Counted from the stretch's first letter, positions 12,867-24,900 are shown. The stretch: DNA of 64,000 bases from Paraspadella gotoi (GCA_051294375.1 CM119264.1:16031245-16095244), one strand, 5' to 3'. Notes: a model not told the origin generated them from the letters alone. Numbers and translations: made by a program.

Positions 12867-13029
12867 TTTATTTTGTCTCCTTCTCTCTCTCTCTCTCCTC
12901 TCTCTCTCTTCTCACTTTCTCTCTCTCTCTCTCTCTACTCTCTCTTTCTCTTCTCTCTCTCTTTTATGCAATAGCGACGATCCTTATGCTTTTAAGATTT
13001 TGTTAACTTGCATCAATTTTTTCAACTTG

Positions 13030-14147
13030 CATCATTTTTTCACTTGCATTCCGTCAAAACTTTATATCGAGCTTCTTCACTCACTTTCCTACCGGCTCAC
13101 AAAATTTCATCTCAATCTTATCATGGGTTAAAATAAATAAAAAGATTCAAGTAAATGTGACTCATATTTTTTTCATTTAAACTCTTTTCCACTGGTACGT
13201 TTCCACTGAACATATATCAAGCTTCGTCACACATTTTGCTACCACATACAAAATTTCAACTCAATCTATCCATCCAATTATGATTAATTAGAGTATTTAT
13301 TTATGAAATTGGTACAACCAATATTTGTTAAAATTTGTTAAAATAAGTAAAAAGATTTTAGTAAATTCAACTTATATTTTTTCCATTTAAACTAATTTAT
13401 ACTCACACATTCCATCGAAACTTTATATCCAGCTTTATCACACACTTTCCTACTCACACACAAAATTTAATTCCAATCCAACCAGCCAATCACGAGTTAT
13501 TGGAGCTTTTTGCTAAGATGGGACGGATGGATGGATTGATTGACATTAATTATTGATTAATTTATTTACTAATTGATTAATTAACTGATTAATTATTTGA
13601 TTTATTAATACATCCTGCATATACATTTAATATAAAAAGAAAAAGAAGCATAATCAATTAGTAAAACAGGTTTTTTGTTTTTTTTCATTTAAACTCATTT
13701 CCACTCAAACTATTCCATCGAAACTTGATTTCCTGTTCAATCACACACTTTCCTACCCACATACAAAATTCCAGGTCAATCAGCCCATCCACTCATGAGC
13801 AATTAGTGTTCAAATAGTGAATATTTTTTTTTTGTTTTTTCCATTTAAACTCATTTCCACTCGGACGATTCCATCGAACACTTCATATCCAGCTCAATCA
13901 CACACTTACTTATCTTCACACAAAATTCCATTTAAATCCATCCATCCAATCACGAGTAATTGGTGTTTTTTGCTAAGGTGGGAAGGACGGACGGACGGAC
14001 GGACATCATTTTTTTTGCATAATTTATCATAATTCGATGTTCTGACATGATATAAGTGCGTGCCCGACAATATTGAGGGGGCGGACCGACGGACCGACAA
14101 AGTAAGTTATAGAGTCGGGATCTGCTGATAAGCAGATCCGACTAAAA
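13030..14147. mobile_element. DINE-1/HINE-like element, family C, with internal ~150-200-bp subrepeats
   Basis: Has a (GGAC)n microsatellite at ~13985 and a terminal stem-loop agtcgggatctgc-tgataa-gcagatccgact followed by an A-run (14114-14147). The unit catttaaactcatttccact...cacacactttcctac is repeated. Relatives lie at 34440-35100, 55330-55740, 49888-49945 and 60420-60480. Confidence 0.65.
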
Positions 14148-14187
14148 AGAAAACGTTAGCCCCCTTGGAAAATAGAAAAAAGAAAAA

Positions 14188-14964
14188 TCTTAACGGCATA
14201 AGGATCGTCGCAATTGCATAAAAAAAATCTGGATTGACGACAAATTTTGATACAAAAAAAATCAAATTTGAAAAAAACAAAATTTATAAACAGAAAGAAA
14301 ATGAAGAAAAGAATAAATAAAGAATAGAAAGGAAAGAAAGAATAGAAAAAAAAAGAATAGAAAGGAAAGAAAGAATAGAAAGGAAAGAAAGAATAGAAAG
14401 GAAAGAAAGAATAGAAAGGAAAGAAAAAATAGAAAGGAAAGAAAGAATAGAAAGGAAAGAAAGAATAGAAAGGAAAGAAAGAATAGAAAGGAAAGAAAGG
14501 AAAGAAAGAATAGAAAGGAAAGAAAGAATAGAAAGGAAAGAAAGAATAGAAAGGGGAAAAAAAGAAAATTAATTTATAAACAGAAAGAAAAATTCTATTT
14601 TGCGATTGTCAATTTACAGTTACAGTTTCTGAAAAAAAAACAAAAAACAAAAAAAAGTTTTTCATTGTCAAAAGAATAAATATAAAACAGTAAAATAACT
14701 TATTTTTTGAATTTAATTTTTAGCAAGTGCTAAGACTGGAGTAACATTATTGAAGGTACTTTTGTTTTACTTTAAGCACGCATAAGCGAGCAGTTTGATC
14801 GAATCAAAAGACAAGTGAAACTTGAATCAGACTGACGAAGTGAAGTAAAGACTAACTAAAGTGAAATAAGAACCCGATGTTACCATAGCAAAATGATAAC
14901 ATGCACAAATGCGATGCCTAATTTTACGAGTTCAATCCCTATTAAATGTTTTTTTTAAATAAAA

Positions 14965-15055
<91 letters not shown>

Positions 15056-15611
15056 AAAAAAATCAAATGGCAGCAGCAGAAGCAGCAGGAGAAAAGAGAG
15101 AAAAAGAGAGAGCCCCTGCAGAGCCAGCTGCAGACTCAAAAGGCAGCAGCAAAAGCAGCAGGAGAAAATAGAGAAAAAGAATAAGCCCCTGCAGAGCCAG
15201 CTGCAGAATCGTTTTTTTTCCTATGATTATGAATCAGTGAATGGGGAAAAGAGAGAGGGAGAGAGACATGTAATTAAAAGAAAAAAGAGAGAGAGAGAGA
15301 AATATGAAGATAAAAGAGAGAAAATTGGTGATGAGAAGCTGTATATAAATTTTCAGCTTCATACACCCAAATTTAATCATAAAAAAGGCGATCTATAATT
15401 TGGAACGACGACGACGACGACGACAACGACGACGACGACGACGACGCCACGAATGGGCAAAAGCGTTACAATATCGTCGCAAACGCTTAGCGATTGCGAC
15501 GATAAAAAGGCGATCTATAATTTGGAACGCCGACGACGACAACGACGCCGACGCCACTTATGCGCAAAAGTGTTACAATATCGTCGCAAACGCTTAGCGA
15601 TTGCGACGATA
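14188..15611 (-). mobile_element. Full-length Helentron-associated interspersed element (HINE), family A
   Basis: Subterminal inverted repeats atcgtcgcaattgc (14204-14217) and gcgattgcgacgat (15597-15610). Terminal hairpin tatcgtcgcaaacgc-tta-gcgattgcgacgata, a short ctta...taag stem at the other end, and A/T-run flanks without a TSD. Contains an 18-bp minisatellite and (AG)n. Confidence 0.75.
14320..14555. repeat. 18-bp purine-rich minisatellite AAGAATAGAAAGGAAAGA (also at 30125-30300)
   Basis: Tandem copies are directly visible and lie inside family-A HINE copies. Confidence 0.9.
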
Positions 15612-15661
15612 AAAAACTCTTTAAAGAAATTCCAGATGGAAAATAAAAAAATAAACCTCAC

Positions 15662-17176
15662 CTTGATCCAACCTGCGAGCATAGAGTTGGGCGGGTCCCC
15701 GCCTTCCTCGGCCAAGCACGCCCAAAGAAAGGACAAGCACATGTGGACGGTCAAGTAGTCGGTGGTTGTAAAGTCAGGAGACATCTCAACCACTTCGAGC
15801 ATCGTTCTAGCGTCGTTCTCGCGCTTTCGCCGCTCCATTTCGGTCTGGGCATAGTAGACGCGAGAGATGAGAACCTTTCGCTGATATTCATCGAGCATGT
15901 AATAGCGAGAGAGCATGCGAGAGAAATCGTGGAGCTTCCCCTCGACGACGGCGATTTCGGTGACAACGATGACCAGTTCGAAGTCGTCCTGGACTTGTCG
16001 CTCAAAGTCGCGGAGGATCCTGGAGATCGACTTCTTCGCCGTGTCGTAATCCGCGATTCCTGTTCTCCAGGAAGTCGAACGCATCCGATCCATTTTCAGA
16101 GTCTCCTGCCCCAAAGCCAACTTCGGCGACGCTTCCGGCGTCAATCCGGCTTCGACCGCATCGTTGACCGCCGAATTCAGCCACAGAATGGAGAGAGGCG
16201 AGATTTCTATGCCTTCGGTGATGGCCCGTCGCATAAGGCGTATTCTCGGCGTTTCGGTCTCAGCGGCCCCGAAATTCGCCAGTGCTCGTTTCAAAAAGGC
16301 CTCGGCGACTTTAGCGTCAACTGGAGATTCTTTGGATTTGTTCCATGATTGCCCGTGACTCATCGACGTCAACGTCTTAGCCAGCATCGCTTCTAAATCA
16401 GAGTCGCTAGCGCCGCAAAAAGAAAACAACCAAACTTTTTTGTGCAGCGCGGCAAGGCCACCCCCAATCATCGCCAGGTGCAGCGCGGGAGGCAGAGCCT
16501 CGTTAACGGCCGCTTCGACCATGACGGAATAGAAGTCGTCCTCGCAGCATCTCTTCATCTCTTGCAAGACCTCTATGGAGCAAGGTAAGCCCGGCTGGGA
16601 CCCGCTGAGCTTCAAGAGGGAGTAGAATCGCTTCGGCAAGACGCTTCTGTTGAGAAACGTATCCTTCTCCAACATGAAACGCCTCTTCCAGTCTATGTGC
16701 TGCAAAAAGTCCAAAGCCAACGCCATCGTTTCCGTTTCCATGGACAAGATCATGTGATGCAAATCCTCCCGAATCCCGTAGTCGATCAGAATTCCATCCG
16801 AAAATCGAAGCGTGCTCGGTAGATCCTCAGAGGGAAAGGGTCCGTCCTCCAGTAATCGGTAATCGTGGTAGGCGTGGAGACAGCTAAGAATCGGAGCGAC
16901 GACGCCAGTCTTTTTGCCCACGATAATCGCGTTGTTCCACATCTGCAGATTGTCGGGAACGCGGTTCCTCGAAACGTTGTGATCGACCTCAGGATACATG
17001 ACCGTCTTTCTCTGAGACATCCGAAGCGTATCGTCTCTGACCCCGAGGAAATCCAAAAGTTTGAACACCTCCAACGGATCCGTAACCTCGTCTTTTCTCG
17101 TCTTCTTCCGGCGCTCGGGGGAAGCCCGAGACTTTTTATCGAGCTTCGACGAGGGGGGACTGATGGATCTCTTTTT
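15662..17176 (-). CDS. Large (505-codon) exon, predicted cytoplasmic region of the membrane-protein gene; function unknown
   Basis: The 519-aa ORF is open and GC-rich. It extends in frame up to acceptor cttacag (exon start 17176) and ends at donor AAG|GTGAGG (15662). No catalytic motif recognised. Confidence 0.8.
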
Positions 17177-17411
17177 CTGTAAGGTTGAAGTATGTTGAAC
17201 ATAGTTAAACTTATTTTATTTCATTCGATTTGTCTTAGGAAAACAATTTTTAGTTCGGTTAAAATGCTCACTAAAATTTTTATCATATAAAAATATATTT
17301 TTCCCCATTTAATCATTAAAAAATTAATAATAAAAGCCCAGCTGTTAAAAAGCAACAACTGTTCCTACATTTACAAACTTGACCTATGGTAGCCTATTTT
17401 CCATACAATAC

Positions 17412-18186
17412 TTTTTCAGTAGGTGTCGTCAGTAATTGCTCATCAACGTTCCGGTTCTGATTAACTCCTTTGTTCGGGGCTTCAATGTAGATGACCAAAT
17501 CTTGGTTTCCACGTTGACAGTCTTTGGCGGTCTCGGGGCGCAACGCAGCGGCTGATGCGTCCGCCGCTTCCTCTGCCGCGACAGCGCAGTGAGCCGAAAG
17601 CGTCACGAACATGCGTTGAAGTGATTTGGCCAGTCGGGCGCTACAGATCTTGTGGGCGTGTGATCGCGGGAGCCTGGCCCTCTTCCATGAACGGACCAGC
17701 CGAGATTTTTCCACAATCTCTAAAGGTTTTTTGAGATATGGGCCCAATATCATCTGTAGCAGCGCCGACCCTTCGCCGATGTGGTTCGAGAAATTGAGCT
17801 GAAGGTCGGCGGCGTAGCAGAGCATTAAGGCGTCGGTAAGGCGCTGGTATAGATAACCGTCGACTAGGCCCGGATCCACGGCCTCCACGAAACTCGTCGC
17901 CTCAGATTGGTCCATGAACAAATGGTTCCTCTGCGCACGATGCGGCGCCCTAAACACCTCCTTCTCGTGCAGCAACTGGATTCGGTGATAGAGGTCGATG
18001 TGGCGGTGAGACTTGACGATCTCGAAGATCAGTTGCAATGTCTCCGTACAATATGGGTCTTCTTCCCTGACCAATGCTGTCGAGAGGGTCGTCAACAGAG
18101 TCGTCTTTAACTCGAAATGGGAGCCCGACTTCCAAGTAACGGCCTTGAGCTCCAACTCATCCAACAACTGATTTCGTAACGCGCGT
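17412..18186 (-). CDS. Internal exon (~258 codons), helical-looking cytoplasmic region
   Basis: 257-aa ORF. Acceptor tctcttag|A is phase-compatible with the donor CAG|GTGATA at 18552. Donor AAA|GTATTG (phase 0) is compatible with the exon starting at 17176. Confidence 0.75.
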
Positions 18187-18551
18187 CTAAGAGATAACCC
18201 TTTGATATGTCAGGAAACAGTGTCAATTCATAGTAAGACCATGATAAAGGAGCTCTACGTATAAGAAGAAATTAACGATATGTTGGTAGAGATAGGGAAG
18301 CATGGAGTCTGGACAGTAAGAGAGAGATTGAAAAAAATAGTAGGATTGCATTTCATTGTGGGCGAATTTACATTGAGCGTAAATGTTCACACTACCATTT
18401 AAGTAAGTAACTGTTTGGATTATCGCATTGTCGTAGCAGACAGCTACAGAAGATAAACACCTAAATATTGTTTGCAATTGATTTGATAGAAATGAAACCT
18501 TAAACGGGGCTTAAATAGTTGTCCATTATAGCAGTCTCCCAGAGCTATCAC

Positions 18552-19137
18552 CTGGACTCGAGAAATCTGATGGCGAAACAGATGAGGAGGTTGCTCCGGG
18601 CGACCCGACCATCGTCCCGAATGGTTTTGAGACTTTTGGCGATGGCTGGGATGTTTTGGCTCAACAGCGCCATCTTAAGGTCGAGTTCGAGAATCAGCAA
18701 CAATTCTTTGCCCGGGTGCCGTTGACACCTTGTGCAGGAAGCCTCCAACCACTCGCCAAAGACCCAGATGAAGAAGAAGAAGCAGAGGAGAATGAAGAGG
18801 AGGAGGAGGGCGGGAATGCAGAGCATCCCCCTGCAATCGCAATAGATGTGAGACGTGTGGTAGTCGTATCTGGTGTCATTCACTTCGACGGAGACGTTGA
18901 TAAAATGGACGACAGTCCCGTTTTCGTCAGTGAGGAGGCATTGAAAAGTCCCGCCAATCATATCTTTGGTCACGGTCACCGTCTCTTCCTCGATCACAAT
19001 CGACGACTCTACCGAGTAGGCCGGGTAGAACTTCCAACGGGTTAAGAGATGAGGGTTGTTGGATCGACATGTGACATTATCGGCCGGGGAAATCGTTTTC
19101 GAACGGCAGATGATTCCGTTGCAGAGAAATATGATGT
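18552..19137 (-). CDS. Exon encoding Ig-like domain 2 + transmembrane helix + juxtamembrane segment
   Basis: DNVTCRSNNPHLLTRWKFY...DMIGGTFQCLLTDENGTVVHFINVSVEV shows an Ig-like C...W...GxFxC pattern. It is followed by the hydrophobic stretch PALLLLFILLCFFFFIWVF. Phase-1 acceptor aaaacag. Confidence 0.8.
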
Positions 19138-19578
19138 CTGTTTTGAAAAGAGAATGTTTTACTGAGAAAGAATTTTGCTAAGGAAGGAAGACGAAATTTT
19201 AAATTTAAATACCATTGCCTTTTGCTTATTTTTACAAACTATTATACAATATACAGTATATATATTTTTTTATTTTATAATGTTTTTTTTTATTCGTGTA
19301 TAATATATTGTATATTATATAAAATAAAAATCTATAATTATTACAACATAAAATAAAACAAAATTTTATAGTTATCTGCTTAAAAATTTTGATTACAAAT
19401 ACAAGATTTGGATGTTACTATAAAAAAACGTACAAAAAGTTTTTTTGGATCTTTTGAATGTCTATATTATCTTCGTTTTTCTTTAGGTTCCAAAAAATAT
19501 TGTTTGAAAATTGTTATGCATTAGGAATTCTTGTTTCTTGGTAGATAATAAGGAAATTGTAATGTTGCATCATCTCAC

Positions 19579-19860
19579 CTGTTACGACAGAGACGTTGGC
19601 CGAATGAACGACAGTCCCATTTTCATTGGTGAGGAGGCATTTAAATGTCCCGCCCTCCATATTTTTAGTCACGATCACAGTCTCTTCCTCGATAATTATT
19701 GATGGCACTAACGAGTAGGCTGGGTAGAACATCCATCGCGTAAATAGATGAGGGTTATTGGATCGACAGGTGACATTGTCATCCAGGAGGATCGTTGTCG
19801 AAGGGCAGATAATTCCATTGCAAAGAAATATGATATCCGTGGTTTCAATTAAAGGTGAAC
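19579..19860 (-). CDS. Exon encoding Ig-like domain 1 (symmetrical phase-1 exon, 282 nt)
   Basis: Acceptor ttgtttag, donor CAG|GTGAGA. It reads DDNVTCRSNNPHLFTRWMFY...MEGGTFKCLLTNENGTVVHSANVSVVT and is a close paralog of the exon at 18552-19137. Confidence 0.8.
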
Positions 19861-20376
19861 CTAAACAAAACGATACAATTCTTCATCCTTTTGAATTATT
19901 ATTCAGTACAGGGTTAGGATACAAAAATGATAAAATCCGTATTGCTTTATCATTTTTTTTATTCTCGACTATCAGGCGGAATTTTAAAATTTTTATTAAA
20001 AAAGAACGCTTTACTTAATATTGCTAAAAGGATTTTGCACGGGAAGGCAGCCAAAAATATGAAATTTAACAACCATTGTCTTTTGCTCCTTAGCATAAAA
20101 TATTGTATGCAAATGAAAAATGCTATTATAATTTAAAATGAAGGAAAATTTAATAATTATTCGCCCATTTAAGTAAGTAGAAAATTTTGATGACAAGTTT
20201 TGGATCCCAACCCTGTATGTTTCGTGTGAAAAGTTGAGGTTGTTTATAAAACGTTTCTTTGGTTGTTTTGATTGTCTGTATTTTTTTCGTTCTTCTTCAG
20301 GTCGTTTCCATAAATATCGTTGTTATTTAGCGTGATTCTTGTGATTCTTGTCTCTTGGTAAATGACGAGTAATCTA

Positions 20377-21758
20377 TCAATTTTCGCATACGCCCATATT
20401 TATACATAGTACTTACCATAGAAAATGTCAAAATTTGAAAATATTTTTTTTTAGTTTTAAAAGCAGATTCGAATTCTTCATTAAAAGTTTTTAAAAGAAA
20501 ATATAAGTTTTAATTAAAAATTCATTCATTAAGTTAGCTAAAAATTTAAAAAGCTATATTTTTTATACTAAAATTAAATTATAGGTTAACTATAACAGTT
20601 TTTTATGATTTTGATCCACTTAATGAAATATTTTTTTTAAAATGAGTTATATTTCCTTTTATCAACTTTTCGTGAGGAATTCGAATCTACTTTCAAAAAT
20701 AGGAAAAAAACTTTTTTTAAATTTTAGCATTTTCTATGGTGAGTACTATGTATATTGTATAAATTATTATTTTATATATATATATGTATATATTGTATAT
20801 ATTATTATTGTATAAATATGGGCGTATCACAGTGATCCAAATAGCCTAAATTTCCCGAAAAACCTCTTTTTTTTAATGTTGAATATCATAGNNNNNNNNN
20901 NTCACAGTGATCCAAATGGCCTAAATTTCCCGAAAAACCTCTTTTTTTTATGTTGAATATCATAGATGCCCTCTGAGGTTCTCGAAAACGTGGTTCAAAT
21001 TATAAAAAGTGATTTGAAAAAAAATTCATTTACCGACAATTTTGATTCTTAAAGAAATCATTTATTTTAATAGACCGACTTTTGATTCATGATTTTGATA
21101 TTAAAAGGAAATTGACCCAACTTAATAATTTTCTTTTATTATATTATAAATAATAGGTGTATGTTTGCTAAAAATAAAATCATTATTTAATCTTTTTAAA
21201 AGTGCGCTAAGCAAATTAAGATCGGAATATCGTTCAAAGAAAAGAATCATATTGTAATTTATGAAGAATATCGAATTCTTTTTTATTTTTTTTTGGATGA
21301 AAAGCATTTTTGGATTTCTCAAAAGGGCGGACAAATGCGGATGAGATTTAATTAATAACTGATGAGTGATAAGATGCATCATTATGAACTAAATCTGGTT
21401 GATTGAAATCGGCTGAAATTCTATGAGCTTTTACTATGTTTTTCATATCATACATAGTGCCATAATATAAAAATCTTTTTTTTATTTGTTAACAAACTAG
21501 ACAAAGAGCTTTTAACATAACAAAGTCAAATAATTTTTCTCTTCCACCCATGTGGGTGAAACAAACCTCTCAAAGACTCACCCGAAAAAGAGATTTGCTT
21601 ATAACTTGAGAGAGAATAATTTTTGGAAACTGTTATCTTACATAAGACTTTGTACCATTACTATGAAAAGACTGAATATGTATTTATGCCCGTATGTTCA
21701 ATTGGCTTTTATCCAGTTTTAATTTTTTTTTGGATCACTGTGCGTATGCGAAAATTGA
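20377..21758. mobile_element. MITE with ~29-bp TIRs whose right TIR is interrupted by the Transib-type insertion
   Basis: The left TIR is tcaattttcgcatacgcccatatttatac. The right TIR gtataaatatgggcgtat[insert]gcgaaaattga is exactly restored when the insert plus one CGTAT is removed. Related sequences lie at ~2700-2848 and 54750-55128. Confidence 0.8.
20828..21742. mobile_element. Non-autonomous Transib-superfamily element (RSS-heptamer ends)
   Basis: TIRs CACAGTGATCCAAA...TTTGGATCACTGTG with a 5-bp TSD CGTAT (20823-20827 and 21743-21747). CAC-starting termini plus a 5-bp TSD are Transib hallmarks. The left end is duplicated across the gap at 20892-20901. No transposase ORF. Confidence 0.85.
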
Positions 21759-21912
21759 AAAATAAATAATTTTTTTTTATTTAAAAATGTTAACAGGTAC
21801 ATGATGTTCATGATCTACTATTTGAATTTTGATTCTACTTGATTTTAATATTTTTGCAACGACGAGAGTTTATGTCCAACAACGAGGCAATTGTAATGTT
21901 GTATCATCTCAC

Positions 21913-24900
21913 CTGTTACATTGATTATCTTAGTTGCACTTGTCGTGGTGGTCAATCCGTTGCTAGTTAGTTCCGTTGAATTAGAAACTGGAGATAATAT
22001 GAAGGATATCCACTTCTTAGAAGTTGGTAGGGAATTGGATGGTGATCCTGCTGTCAGAGAAAAAAGTATTTGTGGTTGGTGTCGTTGAGGCGTTTCAATG
22101 TGTCATGGCAATAAGAGTTGTTGTTCCTGTCTGTGTTGTTGTGGCAATGACATCTCTATTGTTGAAATAGCTGGATGTATTATTTCTGAGAAAGTGTTTA
22201 TTGGCGCTGTCAACATTGCGGACAAAGGTGTTTGTTTTACAGTGGCCCGTGATGTTGTGAATTGTATCAAAGTTGTACCTGCTTTGGTTAGCATTAAGGA
22301 GGTTAGCAACTTTGCTGTTAATTTATTCGAGGGTTCTGAAGTGACTTGTGCAATTGATGCAATAATTGGATTAATGGCCGATGAGATGGTCGTTGATGAG
22401 ACTATGTTGGCGGAGTTGTCCAGGAGCTTTTGTAATGGCCCATTTTGTTTTGGCTCGTGCTGTTGTTGCCAAAACTGGATTAGTTGTGGTTGATGTCGAT
22501 GATGATGGAGTGGTTAGGGTGGTTGACCATAGAATATTTGTTGTTTACTCTGGTAGTGGTACCTATAATAGATGTTGTTGCTAAAATTGTTTTTGATGAA
22601 GCAGGTACAGTTAAAGTAGGTGTTGCACCTGGATTTGTTGATGTTGTAGTAGTAGTTACTAAGGTTGTGGTTATTGTTGTAGTTGTGCTTGGTATTGTAG
22701 TGGTTTGTGTAGTTATCGAGTTAGGTTGGTTTGGTTTCATTGTTGTGATTCGTGTCGAAGTTTTTGTTGTTGAGGTCGATTTTTTTCTGGTTTTTGGTAC
22801 TATTGCTGTGGTTGAAGTTGAAGCTGTGGTAGATTTTGTTGTTGTGGTTGGTTCTGTTATCGAGGTTGGAGATGTTGTAATCACTTTTGTTGATGTTAGT
22901 GTTGTACCTGGATTTGTAAGCGTTGATGTCGTAATTGAAGGAGTCGGGTTGATTTCAGTAGTTGTGGTCAGTATTGTGGTTTGTGTATATTTAGTAGTAG
23001 GTTGTGCTGTAAGGATTGGTTTTTTTCTTGTGGTTTTAGTCGTTGTGGATAATTTTTTTCTTGTGGTAGGCGCTGTTGCTATTTTCAAAGTTGTTACTTT
23101 GGGAGGTGTTGTTTTTGCTGTTGGTTCTATTGTTGTAGATGGAGGTGTTGAGATTACTTTTGTTGTTGTTGTTAGTGTTGTACCTGGATTTGTTGACATT
23201 GATGTAGTAGTTGTTGCTGTTGCTGTAGTTGAAGTTTTTATTGTGGGAGGTGTCGTTGTGATTGGTTTTGTTGTGGCTAGTGTTGTTGGTGTTGTACCTG
23301 GATTTGTTGAAGTTGATGTTGTAGTAGTTGAAGGAGTTGTGGTGATTTCAGACATTATTAAACGAGTCATGCTGGGTATTGTTGTGATTCGTGTAGTTTT
23401 AGAGGTAGGTTGTTCTTTACGGATTGGTTCTGTTCTTGTGGTTATTGTCATTGTTGTGGTTGATTCTTTTCCTGTAATTGGTGCTGTTGATGTAGTTGAA
23501 GTTGTTACTGTGGAAGGTGTCATTTTTGTGATTGGTTTTGTTGTCGTTATTGGAAATTTTGTTTTGATTGCTTTTGTTGTGGCTAGTTTTGTTGGTGTTG
23601 TACCTGGATTTGTTGACGTTGACATTGTAGTAGTTGAAGGAGTTCTGGTGATTTCAGACGTTGTTAAAGGAGTCATGCTGGGAAGTATTTTTTATGTGGG
23701 AGGCGATTTGGTGATTGGTTTTGTTGTCGTAGGAGATTCTGTTTGTGAATGCTTTGTGTGGCTAGTGTTGTTGGTGTGTACCTGGATGTTGACGTTGACG
23801 TTGTAGTAGTTGAAGAGTTCTGGTGATTTAGACGTTGTTAAAGGAGTCATGCTGGTATTTGTTGTGGTTGTGTTAGTTTAGAGGTAGGTTTGTTCTCGTA
23901 AGGATTGGTTCCTGTTCTTGTTGTTATTGTCATTGTTGTAGTTGATTCTTTTCCTATGGTTGGTGCTGTTGCTGTAGTGGAAGTTTTTACTGTGGGAGGT
24001 GTCATTTTGGTGATTGGTTTTGGTTGTCGTTATTGGAATTTCTGTTGTGATTGCTTTTGTTGTGGCTAGTGTTGTTGGTGTTGTACCTGGATTTGTTGAG
24101 CAAGTTTCGAATGTTCTAAGTAGTTTGTTGCTGTTGCTGTAAGTTGAAGTTGTTTACTGTGGGAGGTGTCATTTGTGTGATTGGTTTTGTTGTCGTTATT
24201 GGAGATTTCTGTTGTGATTGCTGTGTTGTTGGTTGTTGTTGTAGCCTGGATTTGTTAAGTTGATGTTGAAGTTGTTGTCGTGATTTCAGATGTTAAACGA
24301 AGTCGTGCTGGGTATTGAGGTTTTGTGTAGTTTTCTCGGTAGATTCTTTTGTTGTAATTGGTTGTGTGGTGGTGGTTGTTTGTTATAGTTTGNNNNNNNN
24401 NNNNNNNNNNNNNNNNNNNNNNNNNNNNNNNNNNNNNNNNNNNNNNNNNNNNNNNNNNNNNNNNNNNNNNNNNNNNNNNNNNNNNNNNNNNNNNNNNNNN
24501 NNNNNNNNNNNNNNNNNNNNNNNNNNNNNNNNNNNNNNNNNNNNNNNNNNNNNNNNNNNNNNNNNNNNNNNNNNNNNNNNNNNNNNNNNNNNNNNNNNNN
24601 NNNNNNNNNNNNNNNNNNNNNNNNNNNNNNNNNNNNNNNNNNNNNNNNNNNNNNNNNNNNNNNNNNNNNNNNNNNNNNNNNNNNNNNNNNNNNNNNNNNN
24701 NNNNNNNNNNNNNNNNNNNNNNNNNNNNNNNNNNNNNNNNNNNNNNNNNNNNNNNNNNNNNNNNNNNNNNNNNNNNNNNNNNNNNNNNNNNNNNNNNNNN
24801 NNNNNNNNNNNNNNNNNNNNNNNNNNNNNNNNNNNNNNNNNNNNNNNNNNNNNNNNNNNNNNNNNNNNNNNNNNNNNNNNNNNNNNNNNNNNNNNNNNNN

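Noticed and set aside
14942-15758. ER-repeat, LS-repeat and poly-Arg ORFs (also at 27.5, 28.6, 30, 34 and 62.2 kb)
   Set aside because: Translations of (AG)n, (ACG)n and 18-bp satellites, mostly within repeats.
15743-16348. 201-aa plus-strand ORF and other overlapping ORFs at 16-19 kb
   Set aside because: Shadow ORFs of GC-rich minus-strand exons; the splice signals support the minus strand.
16786-17202. ATG at 17202 as the start of a stand-alone intronless (viral-like) gene
   Set aside because: It is out of frame with the 519-aa ORF; the in-frame acceptor at 17177 and donor at 15661 explain the region better as an exon.
18223-18477. 84-aa ORF as an extra exon between the TM exon and the next exon
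   Set aside because: It is AT-rich, ends in a stop, and is not needed because 18552 joins 18186 in phase. It could at most be an alternative short tail.
20828-20971. Two tandem left ends of the Transib element (apparent RSS array)
   Set aside because: Near-identical 64-bp overlap on either side of a 10-N gap, which indicates an unmerged contig overlap.
22484-23806. 440-aa Val-rich plus-strand ORF (also 24315-25529)
   Set aside because: Antisense shadow of the Thr-rich mucin codons (ACN read as NGT/GTN).
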